A stretch of DNA of 64,000 nucleotides from a bacterium (GTDB lineage: Bacteria; UBA8248), in NCBI GenBank assembly GCA_965203325.1, contig OZ241875.1:3616001-3680000 (forward strand), given 5' to 3'. The first letter of the stretch is position 1; each line of letters begins with the position of its first letter. A model generated the notes under the pieces. The model had not been told where the DNA came from. It was given only the letters and a program-made list of their open reading frames with translations, and ran no database searches. The translations under genes and the position numbers were made by a program. Of this stretch, positions 1 through 11,313 are shown piece after piece.

Positions 1-9
1 GTCTGATAT

Positions 10-936
10 ATGCAGGTTGTCTCCAAAATTGATCTTGTGGGCGCATTCGCAAAGGGTTTCTTCGACGCACCGGATGAAGCAAAAATCATCGGTGTGTTTC
101 GCCGAAGTTTCTATGCAGAAAATACATTCGGGCAGGTCGCGTGTATCGGAGAACGGGGTATCGGGCCGGGTCCCCTGAATGCGCTTTGTGAATTTTCCGA
201 AAATGTGGATTTTACTGAAATCATTGGTGTCGGAAGTCCTGTCAGGCTCCGGAATCGTTCGATTCGTCTTGGCCCCAAGGTGAAGATCGACGCGTCCCGC
301 CCGATGGCGTGGGAGCCGGAACCACTACCTGACGGCTGGGATTTGGAGTTTTTTATGGGAAATCTCTCGTTTCTTGTTCAGTGGATAGCCGAAACAGGCC
401 CTCGGGAGGGTTTGGCGCCACTCATTGAACACATCGTGAGTGGCGAGGAATTTTCAAATAAAGGGGCATTTCAAACAGTCTCCTGGAAGGGAATTGCGGA
501 TTTTGGGCACTGGCTTTCGCATTCGTTGAATGGGGAGAAAAACCTTGAATTTCCCGCCTCCGCCCGCAGGCTCGTAGGCCTCGGTCCGGGACTCACGCCG
601 TCGGGGGATGATTTTTGGTGTGGTGTGATGATAGCGTTGCGCGCCGTGGGCTGTTCGGACATTTTGGGAAAAGTCTCCGGCAGCGTCTTGAAACTGGCTG
701 AAGAACGGACGAACAAGATCAGTCGCGCACATATGGAGTGCGCGGCCGGAGGCCAGGGAGCGCAGGCCCTGCATGAGACGATTTCGGCGATGGGGATGGC
801 GGATGAAGCGCGCTTGCGTTCCGCTTTGCGTGAGTTGGACAAAATAGGACACAGCTCGGGCTGGGATTCTCTGGCCGGTGTCGTTTGCGTCCTGGAATCC
901 GTGGCGTCATGGAAGGGCCGCCGGATTCTGGCATGA
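10..936 (+). CDS. DUF2877 family protein (YlbF/AllH-like)
   Basis: Motifs LVGLGPGLTPSGDDFWCG, RTNKISRAHM and GHSSGWDSLAG typical of DUF2877; 308 aa ORF. Confidence 0.8.
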   Translation: MQVVSKIDLVGAFAKGFFDAPDEAKIIGVFRRSFYAENTFGQVACIGERGIGPGPLNALCEFSENVDFTEIIGVGSPVRLRNRSIRLGPKVKIDASRPMAWEPEPLPDGWDLEFFMGNLSFLVQWIAETGPREGLAPLIEHIVSGEEFSNKGAFQTVSWKGIADFGHWLSHSLNGEKNLEFPASARRLVGLGPGLTPSGDDFWCGVMIALRAVGCSDILGKVSGSVLKLAEERTNKISRAHMECAAGGQGAQALHETISAMGMADEARLRSALRELDKIGHSSGWDSLAGVVCVLESVASWKGRRILA

Positions 937-955
937 ATTTCCTGGAGCGTGGTTG

Positions 956-1852
956 ATGAGCAAGGTAGCCGTGGTGGGGGCTGGCGCCATAGGCGGCGTG
1001 TTCGGGGTGCGGTTATGCCACTCGGACAGGCACGACGTTACGCTGTGTGTGCGAAAGCCCATCGACAGACTCGTGGTGGAAACGCCCGATTCCGTCATCG
1101 AATCACCGGTGAAGTGCGTCACCTCTCCCTCCGAGGTAGAGCCCGTGGACTGCGTTCTCCTGGCGGTGAAGGGGCATCAGGTGGCGGACGTCGCGGGTTG
1201 GCTGGAGACTCTCGTTGGTGAGGATACCATCGTCGCCGTTTTACAGAACGGCGTGGAGCATAGAGAACGAGTGGAGCCGTACGCCCGGGGGGCGGAGGTC
1301 GTTCCGGTCGTGGTGAATTGTCCGGCGGACAGGCTGGCTCCCGGCCACGTGGCGCAGCAGGGGGGTGCCCAGCTCGTGCCCGAAGATGGCCGGGGGGCGC
1401 GATTTCTCGCGTCCCTTTATGAGGGCACGGATGTTCCGGTGAAGCCGACAACCGATTTCAAAACAGCCTCTTGGGCGAAGTTGTGCAACAACATCGGCGC
1501 AGGACCCGCCACCGCGCTGACGAACAAGGGTAGGGGGGTGCTGCATGAGCCGGAAGTCGCCGAACTCTGCCGCGGGCTCGTGCGCGAATGCGCCGCCGTG
1601 GGGAGAGCGGAGGGCGCGAAGCTGGCGGATGACGTCGCCGAGCGAACCATCGAGCGCTTACAGGATGCCGACCCGGAAGCCACCACCTCCATGCTCGTCG
1701 ACAGGCGCGCCGGGCGGCGGGTCGAGGCGGATGCCATGACGGGGGCGGTCGTTCGCATCGGCGCCAGGCACGGAATCCCCACGCCTCTGAACGCCGCGAT
1801 CCACGCCCTGCTGGGTTCTACCAATATAGATGTCATGAGAAAAACGAATTAA
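956..1852 (+). CDS. 2-dehydropantoate 2-reductase (PanE/ApbA) family oxidoreductase
   Basis: Rossmann VAVVGAGAIGG, LQNGV, WAKL, SMLVD..AGR..E motifs; start taken at ATG 956. Confidence 0.85.
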   Translation: MSKVAVVGAGAIGGVFGVRLCHSDRHDVTLCVRKPIDRLVVETPDSVIESPVKCVTSPSEVEPVDCVLLAVKGHQVADVAGWLETLVGEDTIVAVLQNGVEHRERVEPYARGAEVVPVVVNCPADRLAPGHVAQQGGAQLVPEDGRGARFLASLYEGTDVPVKPTTDFKTASWAKLCNNIGAGPATALTNKGRGVLHEPEVAELCRGLVRECAAVGRAEGAKLADDVAERTIERLQDADPEATTSMLVDRRAGRRVEADAMTGAVVRIGARHGIPTPLNAAIHALLGSTNIDVMRKTN

Positions 1853-2414
1853 ATATCAGTTAGTTATAGATTATTATTGAAGTGCCACGCGATGTCCGGC
1901 TCTCCCGGAAAAACCCCCGTTCAATCAGGCCCTTGCGCCCATGCAAAGCGCGCCCGGGTGAATTTCACCCCCGCAAATCCGCGCATTTGCCGTCATCGAG
2001 TGGAGCACGGGCCGTGGCAGAATTCCCCTACGCTTGGGTGCGGCGGCGGAATCCGGCTGTCACAACTGGTTTTCGCACGCGCATCTGCCCGCATTTGCGC
2101 ACATCGGGCCCCCGCTGTTGCCCGTATTTGCGCGCATTTCCCCTCGAAAATTTTCAGTAATTTATCGAAAAACCCCGTGAATTTATCGGAATTTATCGTA
2201 TTTTTCAGAAATTCGGGTTCGTCGAACGCGCCTGGCCGCTTCGATATTCTAGGTGAGTTCTCCTCGGGTCCCGTGACGGCAATTGCGGGGAGATGCGCCC
2301 TGCCGGCAGCCCTCTCGCATTATGGAAAACGCTTCGCTTCGTCAACTGCGCCCCGGCGTAGCGTCTTGCGTCGGTGTCGTGTCAAACGGAGCGGACGATC
2401 CCGAAAGAATCGGC

Positions 2415-2442
2415 TTGACTGACAGAACCCCGAACGTACAAT
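2415..2442 (+). promoter_or_regulatory. Possible sigma70 promoter for the GNAT gene
   Basis: TTGACT-16 nt-TACAAT about 40 nt upstream of the ATG. Confidence 0.4.
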
Positions 2443-2483
2443 TCCCTGCCGCTATACTTCCCGAGCCAGCATGAGGAGTTCTC

Positions 2484-2924
2484 ATGACGCTGACCATTCG
2501 CTCCCTGGCCGCCGCCGACGAATCCGATTGGCGCCGCCTGTGGACCGCTTATCTGGAGTTCTACGAATCCAGCGTACCCGAAGAGGTCTACCGGACTACC
2601 TTCGCCCGCCTTCTGGATCCGGCCCGCACGCAGCAGAACGGACTGCTCGCACTCAGGGACGGGCAGGCGGCGGGTCTGGTCCACTACATTTTTCACCCGC
2701 ACAACTGGCGGCTTGAGGACGTATGCTATCTCCAGGACCTCTACACCGATCCCGCCTTTCGCGGCGGGGGCGTAGGCCGGGCGCTGATCGAAGCGGTCTA
2801 TGCGGCGGCCGATGAGCGGGGCGCGCCGTCGGTCTACTGGCTCACGCAGGACTTCAACGAGACCGCCCGGGTGCTCTACGATCGCGTGGCGAACCTCACG
2901 CCGTTCATAAAGTACCAACGCTAG
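2484..2924 (+). CDS. GNAT family N-acetyltransferase
   Basis: CYLQDLYT..FRGGGVGRALI acetyl-CoA motif, VYWLT, LYDRV; RBS GAGGAG upstream. Confidence 0.9.
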   Translation: MTLTIRSLAAADESDWRRLWTAYLEFYESSVPEEVYRTTFARLLDPARTQQNGLLALRDGQAAGLVHYIFHPHNWRLEDVCYLQDLYTDPAFRGGGVGRALIEAVYAAADERGAPSVYWLTQDFNETARVLYDRVANLTPFIKYQR

Positions 2925-3072
2925 GCGTTTGCCGGCTCAACCTCGCGGAGCATGAGCGGTGCGACAGGATTCGGGCCGCGAATCGGTTCGGTGATGCTGC
3001 GGGGCAAACCTGCTTTCCCGGATTACCCCGAAGTTCCCGAACCGAATCCGCCGAAACCCGTTGCCCTACACC

Positions 3073-3175
3073 CCTCACCCTGAGTAGCGGCGAAGCCGCG
3101 TATCGAAGGGCCTCTCCTGAGCCTGTCGAAGAGGCGCTCCCTCGATACGGCCCTTCGGGCCTACTCGGGATGAGG
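3073..3175. repeat. REP/MITE-like multi-stem palindromic element
   Basis: Outer inverted repeat cctcaccctgagtag/ctactcgggatgagg, inner cgtatcgaaggg/ccctcgatacg, small hairpins cggcgaagccg and ggcccttcgggcc. Confidence 0.75.
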
Positions 3176-3528
3176 TTTTGTGGCCGCCTGCGTGGGAGAA
3201 AAGGGAACTGCCGCGTAATCCGCCATACCACCCGCTCCTGAATCAGGCTTTTTCAACAACCCCCCACAAGGGGAAGTGCGAAAAAACCCAGGCGGAAATA
3301 AGAAGCCGTCAACGGAAGCATACCATTCCCCTGAAAATCTCCTCACGGGATTCGTCGGGGAACGATGCTTCCAGGAAAATTGCTCGGAAATTTTTCGCGA
3401 TCTCCTGTCTTCATCAATATGATGGGCGATATCGAACCCTGTGTGTAAAGAAAAAACCTCTTGAAATTCATCCCGATACGCGGTAAGGCTCATGAAGGGC
3501 GGTAATTTCAGCCGCTGAGCGAGGTGTC

Positions 3529-4638
3529 ATGACGAACGCCGATCAGGAACTGCGCAGAACCTCCCTGTATGAAACCCACAAGGCCGCAGGCGCCAAGATG
3601 GTTCCCTTCGCGGGCTACGAGATGCCCGTCCAGTACACGGGCGTGCTCGACGAACACAATGCGGTGCGCGAAGCCGCTGGCCTGTTCGACGTGAGCCACA
3701 TGGGCGAGTTCGAAGCGCGCGGAAAAGAGGCGGGCGCCTTCATCCACAAGATGGTCACGAACAACGTCAGGCGCCTCGATGTGGGCGGCGTCCTCTATGC
3801 GGCCATGTGCCGGGAGGCGGGCGGAATCGTGGACGACCTCACGGTCTACCGGCTCGAAGGGGAGCGCTACATGGCCGTCGTGAACGCGGCCAACATCGAA
3901 AAGGACTGGGAGTGGATGGCTTCCCGCCATATCGAGGACTGCGCGTTCGAAAACGTGAGCGAGGAGACGGGCCTCCTCGCCCTGCAAGGCCCCAAAGCCG
4001 AGGCTGTTTTAGGGAAACTGATTCCGGGCGGAGGGGACCTCCAAGCCATCCCCTATTACGGGGCGCGGTATCAGGACGTGGCGGGGTGTGAAGTTCTGGT
4101 CTCCCGCACGGGCTACACGGGAGAGGACGGCTTCGAACTCTACTGCAAATCGGCCGATGCGCCCGCTCTGTGGAGTGCGCTCATGAGCGAGGGCGGGAGC
4201 GAGGGTCTCAAGCCCTGCGGCCTCGGCGCGCGGGATACCCTGCGCACCGAGATGAAATACGCCCTGTACGGAAACGACATCGACGAGTCCACCCATCCGC
4301 TCGAGGCGGGCCTCGGCTGGGTGGTGAAGTACAAGGCGGGGGATTTCATCGGCCGCGAGAAACTGCTGGCCTTGAAGGCCGAAGGCGTAAAGCGAAAACT
4401 GGTTGGATTCGAGATGGTGGATCGTGGTATTCCTCGTCATGGAGCGCCCATCCTGATCGAGGGCGAAGTGGCCGGCGAGGTGACGAGCGGGACGATGAGC
4501 CCCTCTCTTGGCAAAGCCATCGGGATAGGCTACGTTCCTGCGTCGAATGCGGATGTGGGCGACGCGCTCGAAATCGACATTCGCGGCAAGGCCAGAAGGG
4601 CGCAGATTGTGAAGACGCCTTTTTACAGGAAAAGCTGA
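3529..4638 (+). CDS. gcvT: Glycine cleavage system aminomethyltransferase T
   Basis: FAGYEMPVQY, LFDVSHMGE, SRTGYTGEDGFE, GLGARDTLRTE motifs. Confidence 0.97.
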   Translation: MTNADQELRRTSLYETHKAAGAKMVPFAGYEMPVQYTGVLDEHNAVREAAGLFDVSHMGEFEARGKEAGAFIHKMVTNNVRRLDVGGVLYAAMCREAGGIVDDLTVYRLEGERYMAVVNAANIEKDWEWMASRHIEDCAFENVSEETGLLALQGPKAEAVLGKLIPGGGDLQAIPYYGARYQDVAGCEVLVSRTGYTGEDGFELYCKSADAPALWSALMSEGGSEGLKPCGLGARDTLRTEMKYALYGNDIDESTHPLEAGLGWVVKYKAGDFIGREKLLALKAEGVKRKLVGFEMVDRGIPRHGAPILIEGEVAGEVTSGTMSPSLGKAIGIGYVPASNADVGDALEIDIRGKARRAQIVKTPFYRKS

Positions 4639-4710
4639 CGGAATGAATTCCGTTTTCTCATAACGACTCATAAGAAGCTGCCGTTATCCAAAAGGGAGGC
4701 ATTCAGGAGC

Positions 4711-5100
4711 ATGGAACTACCGAGCGGCCTCAAATATTCCAGAGAGCATGAGTGGGTGAGAGTAGAGGGAAACATCGCGGTGATTGGGATCACGGATTTC
4801 GCCCAATCGGAACTGGGAGACGTGGTGTACGTCGAACTGCCCGAAGGCGGCACGGAGGTGGAGGCGAACAACACGTTCGGCGTCGTGGAGAGCGTCAAGG
4901 CGGTATCGGACCTGTTCGCGCCGGTCTCGGGCGTCGTCGTCGAGGCGAACACCACGCTCGAAGATCAGCCCGAGCTCGTGAACTCGGAGCCCTATGAAGA
5001 CGGCTGGATGATTCGGGTGGAGATGAAAGACGAGTCGGAGTTGAACGATCTCCTGGAAGCCGATTCGTACCGGGCGTACGTCGAGGAGGAAAGCGGTTAG
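4711..5100 (+). CDS. gcvH: Glycine cleavage system H protein
   Basis: [16 protein letters not shown], lipoyl-lysine motif VESVKAVSD. Confidence 0.97.
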   Translation: MELPSGLKYSREHEWVRVEGNIAVIGITDFAQSELGDVVYVELPEGGTEVEANNTFGVVESVKAVSDLFAPVSGVVVEANTTLEDQPELVNSEPYEDGWMIRVEMKDESELNDLLEADSYRAYVEEESG

Positions 5101-5206
5101 CCCATACCGGTTCACTCCTTGGCGCCGGAGGGAGTTTTCATCTCCCGTGAGCCGGGGCGGAAACATGGTGTCCGCCTGAATCCCCATAACCTGAAGGGGC
5201 GCATTC

Positions 5207-8095
<2,889 letters not shown>

Positions 8096-8097
8096 GA

Positions 8098-8946
8098 ATG
8101 GAACCGGCAAATCCTGAACAGCAACAAATTCCCCACGCACGCTTCTTGAACACGGGTGAGTCCACCGCCGCATGGAACATGGCGGTGGACGAGTTGTTGT
8201 TCGAGGGTTGCCGGGCGCATCTGGGAGAAGGCCGTCCTCCCGAGGAGGCGCCTCTCACATTTCGCGTCTACGCCTGGTCGCCTCCGGCCATCTCCCTGGG
8301 CCGCGGTCAGAACGCCGAGCGCGATATTTTCCTGGAACGGCTCACCGATGAGGGAATCGACATCTGCCGGAGGCTCACCGGCGGGCGCGCGGTGCTCCAT
8401 GATTGCGAGTTGACGTATTCCGTCACCGGCCCGCAGGTTCTTTTGGGTGACGCGATCGAGGAAACCTACCGCAGAATCAGCCTGGGGCTGGCCGAAGGGC
8501 TGGCGGCCCTGGGCGCGCCGGTCGAATTGGCGCCCCCGAGCGGGAGCGCGTACGCCTCGCAGGGTTCCTGTTTCGCCACGGCGTCGGTGTGGGAGCTTGC
8601 GATTGACGGGAAAAAGATGGTGGGCAGCGCGCAATGCCGCGAGGGCGGCGCGGTGTTGCAGCACGGCAGCGTCCTGCTCCGCTCCTCGGAGGAGCGGCTG
8701 GCGAGTCTCCTCAAACCGAGGGGAGCCGAGCGCCTGCTCTCCGGCCATGCCCACGCGGCCGGTCTATGGGAGGTTCTGGGCGAGGAAATCTCGTTCCATG
8801 AGGTGGCCGAAGCCTTGAAGGCGGGTTTGGAGAAAGTGTCGGGTTTTCGCTTTCTCCCGAATCCGCTGACGAGTACCGAGAATGCGAGGGCGCTGGAAAT
8901 ATCCCGGTCTCGGTATGAAAACCGGGAATGGACGCTGGCGAGGTAA
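8098..8946 (+). CDS. Lipoate-protein ligase / octanoyltransferase family protein (LplA/LipM-like)
   Basis: NMAVDE, RRLTGGRAVLH, ELTYS, GKKMVGSAQ, QHGS; directly after gcvP. Confidence 0.88.
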   Translation: MEPANPEQQQIPHARFLNTGESTAAWNMAVDELLFEGCRAHLGEGRPPEEAPLTFRVYAWSPPAISLGRGQNAERDIFLERLTDEGIDICRRLTGGRAVLHDCELTYSVTGPQVLLGDAIEETYRRISLGLAEGLAALGAPVELAPPSGSAYASQGSCFATASVWELAIDGKKMVGSAQCREGGAVLQHGSVLLRSSEERLASLLKPRGAERLLSGHAHAAGLWEVLGEEISFHEVAEALKAGLEKVSGFRFLPNPLTSTENARALEISRSRYENREWTLAR

Positions 8947-8972
8947 CGAGGCGCTCACCGCTTGGTCGTGTC

Positions 8973-9431
8973 TCAGTTTGAAATATTTGGCAATTCGTAC
9001 TTGTTTATATCCCCGTTACTTTGGATGCCGGCAATGAATGGCGGGTCGTTTGATTCCAGGAAATGCTCTATTTTACTTTTCCCTTGTACAAGAGAATGTA
9101 GAATGTAATCAGAATGAGCATTTCTCATTCTCGCTATAAACACCCGACTTGAATAAATTTGCACGTAGGATAAAAAGGTTCTTCTGTGCCTGGCGCTATT
9201 GTCTCTTGTAAGAATTACCCAATTTCTCTGTGAGGCAAATTCGATCCATTCTTCATCCGGCGCATCTTGTTCAAAAAAATCGTCATGAACCTCACATCTA
9301 TATCCAGCCGCTTTCATGCCGTTTGCGAGATAAATCCCGCCAATACATCGGTCAATGAAGAAAACGGGACTTTCAGTATTTTGGTTTGGAATATAACTCA
9401 AATCGGATGGCTTCTTTGATGGCTTTGACAC
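8973..9431 (-). CDS. PIN-like domain protein (VapC45-like putative toxin); start uncertain
   Basis: FFIDRCIG, HDDFFEQDAPDEEWI, WVILTRD acidic PIN-type motifs; follows a DUF433 gene. Confidence 0.75.
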   Translation of the reverse strand: MSKPSKKPSDLSYIPNQNTESPVFFIDRCIGGIYLANGMKAAGYRCEVHDDFFEQDAPDEEWIEFASQRNWVILTRDNSARHRRTFLSYVQIYSSRVFIARMRNAHSDYILHSLVQGKSKIEHFLESNDPPFIAGIQSNGDINKYELPNISN

Positions 9432-10065
9432 TACATTTATAATCGCGCGAAAGCCTTATTTCCGACTCTCCGTACTGATACCTTTCTGCAACGATGCTTA
9501 TCGGTGCTCCAGTGCCGCGAATGACTGGACGCCCAAAAGAAACCCTGGGGTCTATTACTATGTTTTTGGTTGAATCAGGTGTCGGCTCGCCTCCCATGAA
9601 TGGATAGAGTCTTGTCGGAATACCGAACTCATCGAATTCTATTCGACGCAAAACCAACCCCAAGAGATCGTGCATGGTTGTCTGTCCCGATTTGCTCGCA
9701 TTTACAACAAGGCCGAGTTCTTTCACGAATATGTGCCTCTGATCTGTGTCCACATAAATTCTTTTTGAGGCCAAAGGATACATTCGCTCATCTTCATTTG
9801 TCGCATGTTGCTTCAAGTACTTGATGGCCAAATGAATGTTTTTGGGTTTGATGTGATGCTTTTTTCTGATCGTATTAAGTAAATACAACTCCGTTAGATG
9901 CAGGAAAGACAAGGACCTGTTGTTTTTTTTGTCAATTTGAAAAATAGGGTACTTCGGATCTCCTTTCACCCAACTTAAAATCGTTGTATAAGGCGCACGG
10001 ATATACTTGGAGGCTTCCGGGATGGTGTAATTACCCATCCTGCGAGGTTCAACTTCCACAGTCAT
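9373..10065 (-). CDS. HTH + DUF433 domain protein (VapB45-like putative antitoxin)
   Basis: N-terminal YTIPEASKYI..TILSW HTH, LSFLHLTEL, C-terminal IVIDPRVSFGRPVIRGTG..GES....DY DUF433 signature. Confidence 0.85.
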   Translation of the reverse strand: MTVEVEPRRMGNYTIPEASKYIRAPYTTILSWVKGDPKYPIFQIDKKNNRSLSFLHLTELYLLNTIRKKHHIKPKNIHLAIKYLKQHATNEDERMYPLASKRIYVDTDQRHIFVKELGLVVNASKSGQTTMHDLLGLVLRRIEFDEFGIPTRLYPFMGGEPTPDSTKNIVIDPRVSFGRPVIRGTGAPISIVAERYQYGESEIRLSRDYKCSVKAIKEAIRFELYSKPKY

Positions 10066-10258
10066 GAATATCCCAACCCTTTTCCTGAAACCTGAAACAC
10101 TTTTTTCCCTGGGTGAATGCTAGCATGGCTCCGATTGCTTCTCAATCAATCCCGCAATCCACTCCATGCAGTAGGGCCGGGGCGCGAGCCCCGCGGTCGG
10201 TCCGAAGATTCAAACGCAGACACTACCTACCGCTTGTATTATTTTAGCTTCCATTTCC

Positions 10259-10288
10259 TTGACACTGTCGGCGGCATGGCCCTATCGT
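10259..10288 (+). promoter_or_regulatory. Sigma70-type promoter for tRNA-Gly
   Basis: TTGACA-18 nt-TATCGT ending 10 nt before the tRNA. Confidence 0.55.
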
Positions 10289-10298
10289 TCGTATGTAG

Positions 10299-10373
<75 letters not shown>

Positions 10374-10421
10374 TTCATCGAGCCGGGCGGAAGCCGGCGT
10401 TTCCCTCGCATCCAGGAATCC

Positions 10422-11303
10422 GTGTCGATGGCGCATGACTTTCATTTCAACGGCCTCTCTCCCGATGAAAAGGTCGTGGAGCTTCATACCCATTCGAATA
10501 TGTCCGATGGGCTGGAGTCTCCCGAGAAACTCATGCACAGGGCGCAACGCGCCGGCATTCGCGCCGTATCGCTTACGGATCACGACACGGTTGCGGGCTT
10601 GTCCCGCGCGGGCGCGGAGGCGGAAAGACTGGGGATGGAGTTCATTCCGGGCATCGAGTTCACTTGCGACCATGATGGCCGGAGCGTGCACCTGCTCGGC
10701 CATTTCATCCGGCCGGATGCGCCCCGTCTGGCGGCGCAAATAAAAACGCGCGGTTTCGCCAGGGTGGAGAGAATGGGAGAGATGATCGACAGGCTGGGCC
10801 GCTGCGGCCTGCGTTTGGACAAGGAGGATTTTTTCGCCGCCTATGCGGACAGTCCGAGCATCACCCGGGGGCAGTTGGGCGCATACATGCTCGAAAAAGG
10901 GTTCGCCAGATCGCGCGAGGAGGTTTTTGGGAAATATATCGGCGAAAGCGCGTCTTGCTACGTGGAATTGAATACCCTGACTCCGTTTGACGCGCTGGAG
11001 CTCATTCATGACGCCGGTGGAGCCGCCACGCTGGCCCATCCGATGTTGAGCGAGTGTGATGAGCTCATCCCGGTCATGGCAGAAGCGGGACTCGCGGGGG
11101 TCGAGGTGGAACATCCCTCGCAAGACGCGGATGTGCAGCGCCATTACCGGAAAATGGCCGAAGAATACGGGCTTTTGTGCACGGGAGGATCCGATTGTCA
11201 CGGCGTCCCGTACAAACAGGATAGATTGGGGCAATTCTCGCAGCCCTTGCGTTTGTTGCTTGAATTGTCGAAACGGGCGAAAACTCGCCGGGCGGCAACA
11301 TAA
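10422..11303 (+). CDS. PHP domain phosphoesterase (TrpH/YciV-like)
   Basis: LHTHS..SDG, LTDHDT, GIEF, HLLGH, LAHP, GGSDCHG metal-binding motifs; start may be ATG 10428. Confidence 0.9.
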   Translation: MSMAHDFHFNGLSPDEKVVELHTHSNMSDGLESPEKLMHRAQRAGIRAVSLTDHDTVAGLSRAGAEAERLGMEFIPGIEFTCDHDGRSVHLLGHFIRPDAPRLAAQIKTRGFARVERMGEMIDRLGRCGLRLDKEDFFAAYADSPSITRGQLGAYMLEKGFARSREEVFGKYIGESASCYVELNTLTPFDALELIHDAGGAATLAHPMLSECDELIPVMAEAGLAGVEVEHPSQDADVQRHYRKMAEEYGLLCTGGSDCHGVPYKQDRLGQFSQPLRLLLELSKRAKTRRAAT

Positions 11304-11313
11304 GGAAGGCCAC

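Noticed and set aside
1877..2474. ORFs of 63-181 aa in the panE-GNAT gap
   Set aside because: No RBS or recognisable motifs; translations reflect short DNA repeats.
2905..3493. Short ORFs across the palindromic element
   Set aside because: They are translations of repeat sequence with no protein-like features.
3266..3528. Glycine riboswitch upstream of gcvT
   Set aside because: The conserved GGAGA..CCGAAG..CTCTCAGG elements are not present.
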